From: Raillietiella orientalis
Lineage: Eukaryota
DNA: 64,000 nucleotides
Direction of reading: 5' to 3'
Assembly (NCBI GenBank): GCA_036172245.1
Contig: JAYWIR010000039.1
Coordinates: forward strand, 868,001-932,000
Shown piece by piece: positions 25,900-35,709 of this stretch. Both the position numbers and the translations under genes were made by a program. The first letter of the stretch is position 1. Every line of letters starts with the position of its first letter. The notes under the pieces were generated by a model. It worked only from the letters and a program-made list of their open reading frames with translations, was not told the DNA's origin and did no database searches.

Positions 25900-26010
25900 A
25901 TTAAATGGGTGTGATTGTTCCATCCTGATGTACTTTGTCCAGTATGTAATGAATTCATGAAAATGATTCGGCAGTGCATGCGAAAGCGGATGCATGCGAT
26001 AAAATTAGTC
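25900..26010 (+). mobile_element. Possible Merlin/ISXO2-like transposase zinc-ribbon sliver
   Basis: 'LFHPDVLCPVCNEFMKMIR' resembles the L....CPxC...MxL N-terminus; very short. Confidence 0.25.
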
Positions 26011-26449
26011 CTTCACGCTCATCATCTGCGACTTGGGACGGCCACGTCGTTCGAAGGGCCAAGAAATCATTTTCGAAGGGATGAGGGAAGGGGGAGAGGA
26101 GAAGAGGACAGTAATGGGGTGGAACGGAGGAACGGCAGGAGGAGGAAACGTCCCTGAAGATTTTCCGAGAATTACCGATGGGAAGACTGGAGCTGGCGAT
26201 TCCCGGTTGAGATTTGCTGGCGGCTGGCTTCGCTTGACCTTCGTGAGGGGACGAATCGGACACCAACTGCGCTCCGGCTGGGAAATCTTAGGTCTTTCAG
26301 CTGTACACAGATCCGTGTGAACATGCAATGAAAAGTGGTACTTGCATTGTCTTGCTCTTACTGAAATTGGGAGCTATAATTTCATGGTTCATATCTTGCA
26401 TGTTGCGTACGTTGTCCATGCAACGTATATTAATAGTAATGATCCAGTA

Positions 26450-26800
26450 CGATGCTGGTCGTAGTCTCCGCAGAGAAAGAGCTGAGTGAGACGCGGGGCA
26501 GGTTCGATGAACCTGCAGGTCATGGAACAGTGTAGCCCCAACGGAGATCAGTGCCCGGCATGCGGATCGGCAGAAGACGACCTGCACCTTTACACCAGCC
26601 GCGCCCTTGTCCAGGACTGCAAAGTGGAGCTGCAGACCATCGGATTAGGCAACGCACCGAAAGTTGGGATCCTGCAAGGACTGTTGGAGGGGCGGAGGCG
26701 GCGCGCCCTCCCCCCCGCCGCAACCTCACTGTGCGGGTGATGGTCGCCTTCTTCCTGAGGAGCGTACTCCGTTAGGGCCTCTTAAGAAGACGAAACTGAC
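26450..26800 (+). mobile_element. LINE C-terminal zinc-finger fragment
   Basis: 'QCPACGSAEDDLHLYTS' matches CPxCGxxExxxHL. Confidence 0.55.
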
Positions 26801-27199
26801 GAGGCCCCACGCGTGCAGCGCCCCGGGACATCCTACAAGCACTTTTGAAGAGGGAAATCGTCATTCGAGCATGGGGGAGGGTTCTTTCCTGGACCATCCT
26901 GCACTGCCGTGAGGGCAGCACGGACATGATAAGCGACCCCCGCCACGGGTCGCCAAAGTGACAGCGCTTGCTTGCTTCTTCGCATCGTTCTATTGGTTCA
27001 ATAAAATAATCCAGCCACGAATCGGACTGAGGAAACTATGATTCAGTACCGCAGCATCCACAATTGTTCACGTCTGTTACATGAAATAGTGTTAGAAAGG
27101 GGGTTGAAGTAGAGGAAGACTCCGTCATGCTCTCCTGTCGCTCCTCTTTCGCGACGCACGGCGACCCATGCGTCGCTTTTAGTGGGACATCAGGTGCTC

Positions 27200-28330
27200 G
27201 AGCAGACCAACCCTTTCCCGATGCGCTCCCTCCCTGAAAAGCTTCAGTACACTCGGAATTCCATTATTCCTTGGATCTCAGGGAAATCTCAGGGATCCCA
27301 CGATAACTGTCCTCACACTAGAGGACGCTCCTACAGAGGCCAAGTGCAGACGCTTGCTTGTCCTCTTCTGTCTCGCATCCTAGAACTCGGCATTAACGGA
27401 TACCTAAAGGATATGATGGCATCCTCCCTTTTCCCGGGAGCGCAAGGCTTTGCCTGGCTTTGGTTCCGGGTCTGCAGCTACCAACTTCCAGCGTTGGTAG
27501 GGCGCTCGCTTGCGGTAGGCTGCTCGCCTGCTGGTCCGGGTCGCCAGTCACATCGTGGTCTGGTCGTTCTCATGTGTTGATGAGGAGGCTTAGAGGCTCT
27601 CTTCATCTTCCGTATCTTCCTCACGAACGATCGGCACTGTCACTGGTGAACGATGTCCCCACCGGAAGAAGGTCGAGCCGCGCATGAGCGGATGAATCTG
27701 CGAGCCGCGCGTGTTCTTTGGATGGAAGATGCCCCAGGATCCTGATACTGCCCGGAACAGCTCATGGTATCCTCCCAATCCTGGCGTTCTTACGACAAGG
27801 GGCTCCCATGCTGCCCCTGAGCTGTTGGCCCCTGAGCGGACCGGAGATGATTTTCTTTCCCCTATGGGGGTTCAACAGGAAGTCCTCGGGCTCTGCTCTC
27901 TCAAGCGTCCATTTCATCCTGATTCTTCCCTACGTTTGTCTTCCCGTTGTGGTCGCGCTAGACGTAGCAGGCGATGTTCTCATACGGGATGCTCAGCTGG
28001 AACTGCAGACTGTTGCTGACGTACAGGGCGCATTTCTCTAGGGCCGATGTGGGAGTAGATCTTCCAGTCGAACAGCCTGCCAGCGATCACTTCGACGGCC
28101 ATCTCCGTAGTCCGGCAGTAGACCCTGACGTCATAGCATGGACCCATCTCGATAGTGAAGGACTCTGGAATGGGCAGGTACGACTCCTGGATAATGACCA
28201 GGGATGCGGAGGAGTGGTGGTGGGCGAAACTGCAGATGTTCTCCTCTGGTCGTTGAAGTAGAACGAGTAGCACTCTTACGGATCGCCGAGCCAGAGACTC
28301 TAGCACACCTCCAGACTGTTCACGTCCTTC
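27200..28330 (-). mobile_element. LINE APE endonuclease remnant
   Basis: 'LVIIQESYL' (LQETHL), 'IACYV', 'YHELFRAV...SQIH...GHRSPV' (D.WR...SRID...SDH) in the correct order. Confidence 0.55.
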
Positions 28331-28619
28331 ACTATGAAATCCACCCTCCTGATGATCTTCCCTGGTATGCGATCAGGAGCAGCACCTCTTGACGGCTGGT
28401 AGGCGCCGCTGCTCACCAGCGTTGGTAGCTTGTCAACGGATCTGATGGTGGGCTCTGATGGTACGCGGTGCATGCGGGTTTGCTTCCGACGGTCTGCACT
28501 CCCCAGCCTTCCCATTGAAGCTGTCAGACCTGCAGATGAAGTCCTCCTCCTCGACGCACGCGCGCGTGCACGCCTCCTCCGTGCCTCCGAGGCGAAGAAC
28601 TCGAATGCTTCCTGAAGAA

Positions 28620-29690
28620 CTCGGAGAGGCAGGGGCTGGGTGTCCTCTTGAAGACCCAGTGGCCGGGCACCCTCTCAGAGGGTCGCACGGTAGCATGGCG
28701 CGGCGGTCTGGAGGAACATCTACTCCGCGCACAGGATAAACATCGGGTACTGGGCAACCACGAGAAGATATGGATGCTAATGGACTCTGGAGGCATGCAG
28801 ATCGCAGGTTCCGTCCTCGTGGTTTACGGACTCTTATCTCTTGACAGCCGTCGATGCAACCGACCAGCAGGAGAGTGTGCCCATTTAGGTGATCATCGCA
28901 TCCTCGGGCATCCTTCTTAGCGTATACCTTTCCCCTGCTTTTCGTTGGAGAATGTCATGCAAGACCAGGACAAGTGGGCGCGCCTGGCCGCCACGCCCCT
29001 TGCCGCAGCGCTGTCTGCCCTAAGGGCAAGCGATGACAGTTGCTTACCGGCTGGATGGAAGGTCGTCTGCACTATCGCAGAAGAAACCAGACCCATGTGC
29101 GGCTGGAAGACGAGCGAGCTGGTAGACGCCGTCACTCCTAGTCATTACGCAGGGACTCTTTCGGTGGAGCCAACTGTTCAGTGTGCCCTTCCGAAGAACT
29201 TGTGGTGCCTCCCTCATGTGTGGATACTTCTGTGTTCCCTTTTCCATGGAAATAGGACGTGGGACGGACGAAATCCAAACGGTGGCTCCGAAAGTAGGGG
29301 TATGGCCCAGAAATTGGGTGGCCCCCAAATTTCGAGCCTGCATCCAACCTCCAGGACGCAGCCGTTCCGCGGCCGCGGGCGCAGGTCCTGGCGGTAACAC
29401 CGAATGTTCCACAGTGTGAGATCCTGGAGATCTGATGTGGAGAAGGGTTTAATGTGAACAGCCTCCGGGCACGGTTCAGTCGATTCCATCCCGGAGATTT
29501 CTCCCCAGCATTCTGGGCCCCATGCTTCATAAATCAGTGTGTCCTTCTGTCGCTGCTCCGTTCGCTCCGCTTACCGTCGATGGGTCCCGAATCGAAAATT
29601 GACCCCCCAAGAATGACCCTCCCAAGAATTCATTCGGCAACCACCTTCCCCCAGGGTTTCCGTAATTTGATTTTTCCTATTTACAATAAG
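28620..29690 (+). mobile_element. Family-A Tx1/L1-like LINE 3' portion
   Basis: 'ENVMQDQDKWARLAATPLAAALSALRASDDSCLPAGWKV' nearly matches 'EEVLQNQDKWALLAAMPVNEALSSLRAREDSCLPARWEV' at 57.9 kb. Confidence 0.75.
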
Positions 29691-30429
29691 GTGTGATTTA
29701 TTTTTAATTTATAATTAGATTCAACTTTCGAAGCACAGAACGCAGCATACTCCAATCATGTTGTTTTCCGAGGGGTCCTTGATCCCAGATGCAGGAAGAT
29801 GCTCCTTCACTGTTCTTCACATGAGTACACAGGGACATATTCGTGCGCGTGTACTCTTACTTTGGTATCTTGCCTCTTTGTTTTGCTTGGCCTCTGTGAG
29901 ATGAGTAGAACACTCGCGGATTCGTTGGTCCTGTGTCGTGATTATCGAATCTCGGTCGATGTTTCCGTTGGACGGATGGATCGGTGGAGGTCATTTAAAG
30001 GTGCCAAACGCTGATCCAGGTTTCCCGCCGTGTTAGCAGGTCATATTTTCGGCCTTGTTTACGTTTCTCCGGCAGTGCTTATAGAGCGTAACCTCCGCGT
30101 TGCTCAGAAGTATTTGATTGCTGTTACGAAAGGAGAGACTTTACGAGAAGTAGCAAGGCCATGGAGGTAATAAAAAGGACCGCATCCCTTGTTCCCTGTT
30201 CCCAAGACCATTCTGCTGTAATTTAACCAAAGGAATCAACATTCAGCGCGCTGCCTCCATGATTATTTCGATCAATTTATTTTTGTACTTTTCATCCGAG
30301 TGATTTTCTTAAAGGAGTCTTTGTCCTTAAAAGAGCGGAAAAAAATGTCCTCGGAGTCTTTGTTCTGGTGTTCTTCACAACATTCTTCACACACCGCTTT
30401 CGTGGCTTTCCTTTTCACTTTTTCCGGAG

Positions 30430-31250
30430 GACCAAAAAGTGGCACATGTAGCAAGGTGTGTCGCAGCCATCGGATGGATGGCTGCGACCCAACCTTGCTT
30501 ATGGAGACGTTGCTTATGGGACAACCTTGCTTATGGGTTGCGTGTGGAGACGCACAACCGATGTGATTTTCCGAGTGTACTCTAAAAATTCTCCTGCATT
30601 CTGAGATGTGATTATCCGAGAACACTCCGTGTGGTTCAGCAGGATACGTCCGAACAGAGACCTCATTCCCCTTCTGCAGCCGTCTCTGCGGCATCAGACA
30701 CGCTGAAGGCTTCGTTTCCTGCTGTCTCCCGCGAGATCCGATCCAACATTTGCTTCCTGGATCATTCGCTCTCTTCTACGCTCCCTCAAAATCAGAATGC
30801 GTTCTTAAGGGAACGGCAGTTTTCAAGAATGAGTTTCTCCTGTCTTGAAACGCCCAGATCTCTAGACGGATGAAGCATAGGTGTCGAAACTCTCCAGACA
30901 AGATCCCATGTTAATTTGAAACTCCTTGTTCAGTGGCTGAGAGACTCCTAAGCAGTCTGAAAGCAGCTGAACACCGGTAATTGGTTTGTAGATTGTTCTT
31001 TTCGTTTTCCATCTCTCCTGCCACGAGGTGTGGGCTGGAACCATCATTTTCATCCGCCACCGCGTCAACGAGGCTGAATCGCGTTCTTCGTACCTGTGAA
31101 AGTAGCTCGTCCCCTCTTGACGAGGATGCAACAAGCCTTTGAACACCAGACTGCTAGCAGTGTACGCGGGAATGAGCTGCAGGCAGAGGCACGTGAAAGA
31201 GAGGCTGCTCCTTGACAGCTCCTTGCAAAGAGCCAAAAGCACAGAGGGAG
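30430..31250 (-). mobile_element. Degenerate RT remnant, probably R2/NeSL-like
   Basis: 'MVPAHTSW..KTKRTIYKPIT', 'NEAFSVS', 'KQGCPIS...QPSIRWL' in RT order. Confidence 0.5.
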
Positions 31251-31636
31251 CGTCAGATCGGTTAGCAAGAATCCAAAGAATAGTTCCCTTCCGAGATGAG
31301 AGAAACCCGCGGATGGGTGAAAGTCACTCGAGAAATCGGATCGTCACGTGCTCCGATGGAGACGGAGTCGGGCCGAGTTGTTGGCTGCAGAGCGAGTCGC
31401 ATCTGTGTGAGCTTTGGGTGTCTCTCTCTGAGGAAGAAAGCCCGGCCGTGGTATGGATGTCATCTTTCGGTACCCGTTTGAGCTCATCTCACGCTTTTTT
31501 TTTTTATTACTCAGGTTTTCTTGCTCAACCAATGGTGAACCTCTTTTTGTGCCCTAACCGATTCAGGAAAAGTGCTTTCTTTTTTTTTGCTTTTTTTTCC
31601 CGGAAGCACATTGGAACCCGTTCTTCCTAGTCATCA

Positions 31637-31761
31637 TTATGACCAATAAATGACACCCAACTCATTGATGAATAAGAAATCATCAGTTATGAACACCGTG
31701 CTCCTTTTCAAGGACATCTTTTCGATAACTGTGATCGATGTGTTCAAGACTACCTCTCCAT
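31637..31761 (-). CDS. Exon 3 of FAS1-domain protein
   Basis: After a 45-nt GT...ttcacAG intron; encodes DGEVVLNTSITVIEKMSLKRSTVFITDDFLF (H2 motif, cf. VIHVIDKVL) to TAA. Spliced CDS 552 nt, 183 aa. Confidence 0.75.
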
Positions 31762-31806
31762 CTGTGAACACAAAGCCAAATAGATTTCCTCTAATCTTTT
31801 TCTCAC

Positions 31807-32025
31807 CGCTTTTTCTGTGGTAATTTATCGTATTTCCGCCGATGGTTTTTAGCGTCTGCAGTCCGGTTTTCTGGTCGTTGAAGGAGTTGCTCTCTACGAT
31901 GAAGTTCAAGAGCGCCTTTCGGCGCACGCCTTCATCCACTATGAAAGGATCCGCAGCATCTTGTGGCAGATGCCGATGAATGGCATCCTTGGTCGGCAAG
32001 AAGAAACTGTACTTCTTCCCAGAAT
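31807..32025 (-). CDS. Exon 2 of FAS1-domain protein
   Basis: Acceptor tactttttcgtcag| is phase-compatible with exon 1; encodes DSGKKYSFFLPTKDAI (H1 motif, cf. TVFAPTNEAF), LLNFIV (cf. LLYHIV), LKTIGGNTI; donor G|GTGAGA. Confidence 0.8.
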
Positions 32026-32339
32026 CTGACGAAAAAGTACAATATAGCAAGGCGGATCCATCTCCCACTCACATCCAGGAAGTGAGGATGGAAAGTCCGA
32101 GCTTGGGTGGGTCACTACCCGATTAGACCCTGACTGGACTTTGACTTTCCCGTTCCTTCCCTTCCCTGTCTTATCGGGAATCACTTCACCGACTCAACAA
32201 GAAGCAAGACGAACGCCTCTGCAAATATTGCGCACGACAAATCTTCAGCGGCCAGGATAACCAATAAAAGCAGCTCGCTTAATCGGACCCACCTAAAGCT
32301 CTAATAGACTCAGGAGATAAACTGATCGAGTAGCTATAT

Positions 32340-32660
32340 GCCTTCTCTCCTTTTAAGATCAAAGTACAGCAGGTCCCCACACAGCGCGGGGATAATGCCG
32401 CGTTATACGAGCCTTGTGAGTTTCACATGGATGATACGATGGCATTTATAAAAGACGCAAAATGTAAATCAAGCGTTATAGTAGTAAAACATTCATTATT
32501 TTCCTTTAAAACAAAAAGGAAAAAATTAAAATTGTTTATTTTTTATTTTTTTTTATTGATCTGGGAGTAAAAGGGAAAATAAGCTCTTCGAGTTTCGTTG
32601 ACATCTAGTCAATTTAAACGATCCCATACTTTCAGCTCTATCGTTCTCGTTGTCGAAAAA
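32340..32660 (+). repeat. Diverged AT-rich non-coding interspersed repeat, copy 1
   Basis: Colinear blocks shared with 43510-43770: cgggga, acatggat, gcatttata, aggaaaaaattaaa, aagctc, gttga, ttctcgtt.tcgaaa. Confidence 0.7.
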
Positions 32661-33198
32661 TGCAAGTCTAAGAAAAAGTGACTCTTTCAGAAAGTGAAAA
32701 CAAGAAAATTCAACCTTCTTAAATCACGTGTTCGTGCTTGAATGCAGGGACAGTGCAACCCAAGATTGAAATTTATCGGCAGGGTCTTTAGGGGGTCGAT
32801 TCACGGCTTTATACCAGGGCTGTCGCCATTTTTTCGTCGCATTATGCGAATCCGCGCTATGAGGGGATTTGCCGTATTCAGAGACCTTAGCTGGGCTGCT
32901 ACCATTCACTTTTGGGGGAAAGCCAACTAAAAAGAAGTCGTATTCATGAGGAGACCGTGTATTCAGGAAACCACTCTCACATGAGGTGGTGCAGAAACGA
33001 CCTGAGACTGCTATAAGACTGCCCCTGAAAGAAGTTTCAGCCTCCGCGTCCTTTTTCGTGAAACGGAATCTCAAGAGTAAAGCTGTTACCTTGACCGGTC
33101 GCTTTGTAGAGGGCGAATGACCTAACAGATTTGGCTTTAGCGATGAAATCCAAAGATTTGAGAAAAGAGGCAAATATCAATTCGATTGCGTCCCTCAC

Positions 33199-33406
33199 CC
33201 AGTTCTTTAGTTAAGTCGGTGTGCTCAAAATAATAAATGAGCCCATACTCGCTGAAATGACTCGTTTGGGTTTTCATATAAGTGATGAGCTCGTCAATGA
33301 CTGGTGGATGCTGTATCCGTGCTCCCTCTTTGGCTGCCGACACTGCTGATTGGCAAAACAGCAGGCAGAGCACGCTTAAGATGACCAGAGCGCTGACGTC
33401 CTTCAT
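33199..33406 (-). CDS. Exon 1 of a secreted FAS1 (fasciclin)-domain protein; signal peptide
   Basis: ATG at 33406: MKDVSALVILSVLCLLFCQSAVSA-AKEG...FEHTDLTKEL, ending at donor G|GTGAGG (phase 1). Confidence 0.7.
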
Positions 33407-33409
33407 TGC

Positions 33410-34700
33410 AGCGTGATCAGATTTGCACAGGGAAAACTGGAAGCATACAGAAGGAACGTGAGAAACCTCCAACTTTGGACATTGGACTTTGGACGCAAGA
33501 AAGCTTTCCCCGAGCGAGCATTTCTTTCGGAGCAGAGAAGCACACTCTTGCAAGAAGCGCTGCCAAGCAGAACCCACGGCTCTGCTTCATTTCTCAGTTC
33601 CCCGTTACTCCTCGCTGTCCGATGAGCGACGCAGTTCGTGGCCTTCCACGAAAGCATCCACTTTTACTCAGAGGACCACCTTCTTCTGGGGCGGTACAAC
33701 CCCAGCGCGGATTCTGTTTTCATTTCTGTTCGCTTTTGTTCCTCCGATGGTCGCATTCCGCCGCCAGCCTCGTTGTTTGGTTCCCGTGCGCAACTCAGCA
33801 GCGAAGACGCAGAAGCCATTGAGCGCGCGACAAGTTGCATCTGCACGCATCACGCATTTTGTTTCTCCCTCTCCCTCCTCCCCTCTTGCCACCTCCTCAA
33901 GACGTCGCCAACTGTGCGCCAGCTCGATGTTCTCCGGCACCTGGATCACCTGGATGGACGTTCTGCTTAGCAAAGAGCAGCCTCCTCCTGGCATGATCCC
34001 CAGGAGAAGGAGTTCAGCAGGGACCGAGGCGGTTCTGCTTTGCTTCCTGGGAAAGGCGCCGCTGCGCTGAAACCGAGCGTCTGTTGCGAACTTGGTTTCC
34101 AAGGGAAATCCCCAGTTCGTGTCGGGCATCTTTTGCCACCTCCCTGACCGCTCACTCGGACAGCGATCTCCGAGTGTGGGTCACTCGCGTCCTTGTGAAA
34201 AGTCGTGCGCAGAGAACAAAAAGCTCATTCTGGAACGTTCCAATCTACGACTCGCACACTGCTCCGCATGAAAGGTGGTCCGCCGTTCACAGGATGAATC
34301 GAAAATGCTTCAGGCGCGTGGACACTTGAAGCACTACTCGTTTTTGCTCACGTTACCATGGGAGCCGTTGCGGAGAGGGGAAAGGCGACAGGCGTAGAAG
34401 AACACAAGGACCATCTCCGCAAAGGAATGAGATGAATCGAAACCCCTTCTCGATGGATCTGCGTGTCTCTTACACGAGAATTCCTGGGAAGGATGGATGT
34501 TTGGGGTAAGAGCGATTTCGAACAAGCTTGCAGCTCTCTTGCATCCAAAATATTCCAGGACTACTGCGAAAAGGGATCCTTTTGCTTCATTGGTGGGCAA
34601 ACAGCCCAGGGATGGATGAGGAATAAGCACTGGCATTGGAGACACAGGGAGAGCCACTTAAAACCGACCCCGTCTCCATTCCGGCTACGCGAGGTGACGT
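33410..34700 (+). mobile_element. Very decayed LINE RT / 3' remnant
   Basis: 'SSPLLLAV', 'PSADSVFI' (cf. YADD), 'FGSRAQLSSEDAEAI' (cf. SGAKLNxxKS) in order. Confidence 0.35.
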
Positions 34701-34918
34701 ACGATGACGTCACCTCGAGTAGCCGCAGACGTACAATGACGATCGTACACAACCAGAATAACGTCCGGCAATGCCATCTATAAATAGAGGGTAGTAGTCG
34801 ACTTAAAACCCAGTGTGACTCCGCGGCGAAACGCTGTGAGGCTTCAAGTGGGCCGCTTTTAAGTTGCTCGACCCATAGTACACACACAGTGCGGTCCATA
34901 AGTTTGAGGACGGAATTT

Positions 34919-35709
34919 TTTACGGTCCCACTGGTCGTGCCGTGCACCGGCATGCAGCGGGACGATGTACCTTCCTTAAATAGTATACAAAGCGGCGCGA
35001 CGGCGTGTTTCGCTGTTTTCTCAAGAAAAAGGAATCGTGAAGGAAGAAGGTGGTAGTGTGAGTGAAGAAGAAGAAGTCTGCATCATCGGCTTCGGGCGCG
35101 GTGCCGCCGACTCAATAGGCTCGCAGGGAGGAAGCCGCGGATCCTTCAGGCACTTTCGGGCGGCACGGCGCGGCTTCCAGATGGAAGACGACGAAAGCAG
35201 CGGTCGCCCAGTTCACGACAAGAACCACCAACGATGCGCCGCCGTTGCAGATCTGCTGAAGAACAGGACCGGCGACTCACCTCCCTAGTGGTAGCGGGGA
35301 CCCTCGGCCCACCCAAAACCGTGGGGCCGCGCGCCTGGCGCGAAGACTTGGAGGAAAACGGAGGCCGCGCCCGGCGTTCCCTGCCGCCAGAGACGAAGAG
35401 GCACGCGAGTTTCGTTGGCGCACAAGAGGATCTGGACGCTGGACCGTCCCCCGCACCCGTCGGATTGGTCTCCTCCCGACCGTTTGCTGTTCCCGGAAAG
35501 GACCCTCTTCGACCTCGCGAATGACATCCAGGCAGCAGTGACCGACCTGAAAAGGACTACGCCAGCGCCATTGGCAAGTTCGAATCCCGCGCGAAGCAGC
35601 GCACACAGTCCGATGGATCCCGTTCCCAATAAATATAATGGAAACAAAAAGTATCTATTCCGTGCTTTCCTTTTTTTCTATTTTTTAACGATCTGATTCC
35701 CAATAATTT
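34919..35709 (+). repeat. Right arm of ~790-bp long inverted repeat
   Basis: Reverse complement of 23566-24356; only a few substitutions over the outer ~730 bp, more in the inner ~60 bp. Confidence 0.97.

Noticed and set aside
32340..32375. Faint resemblance to the U2 snRNA 5' end (cttctc..ccttt..taagatcaaagt)
   Set aside because: Too short and gapped; the branch-point pairing sequence GTAGTA and the rest of U2 are absent.
23566..35709. Polinton/Maverick or other autonomous giant transposon
   Set aside because: No pPolB, integrase, ATPase or capsid ORFs, and no terminal motif or target-site duplication seen.
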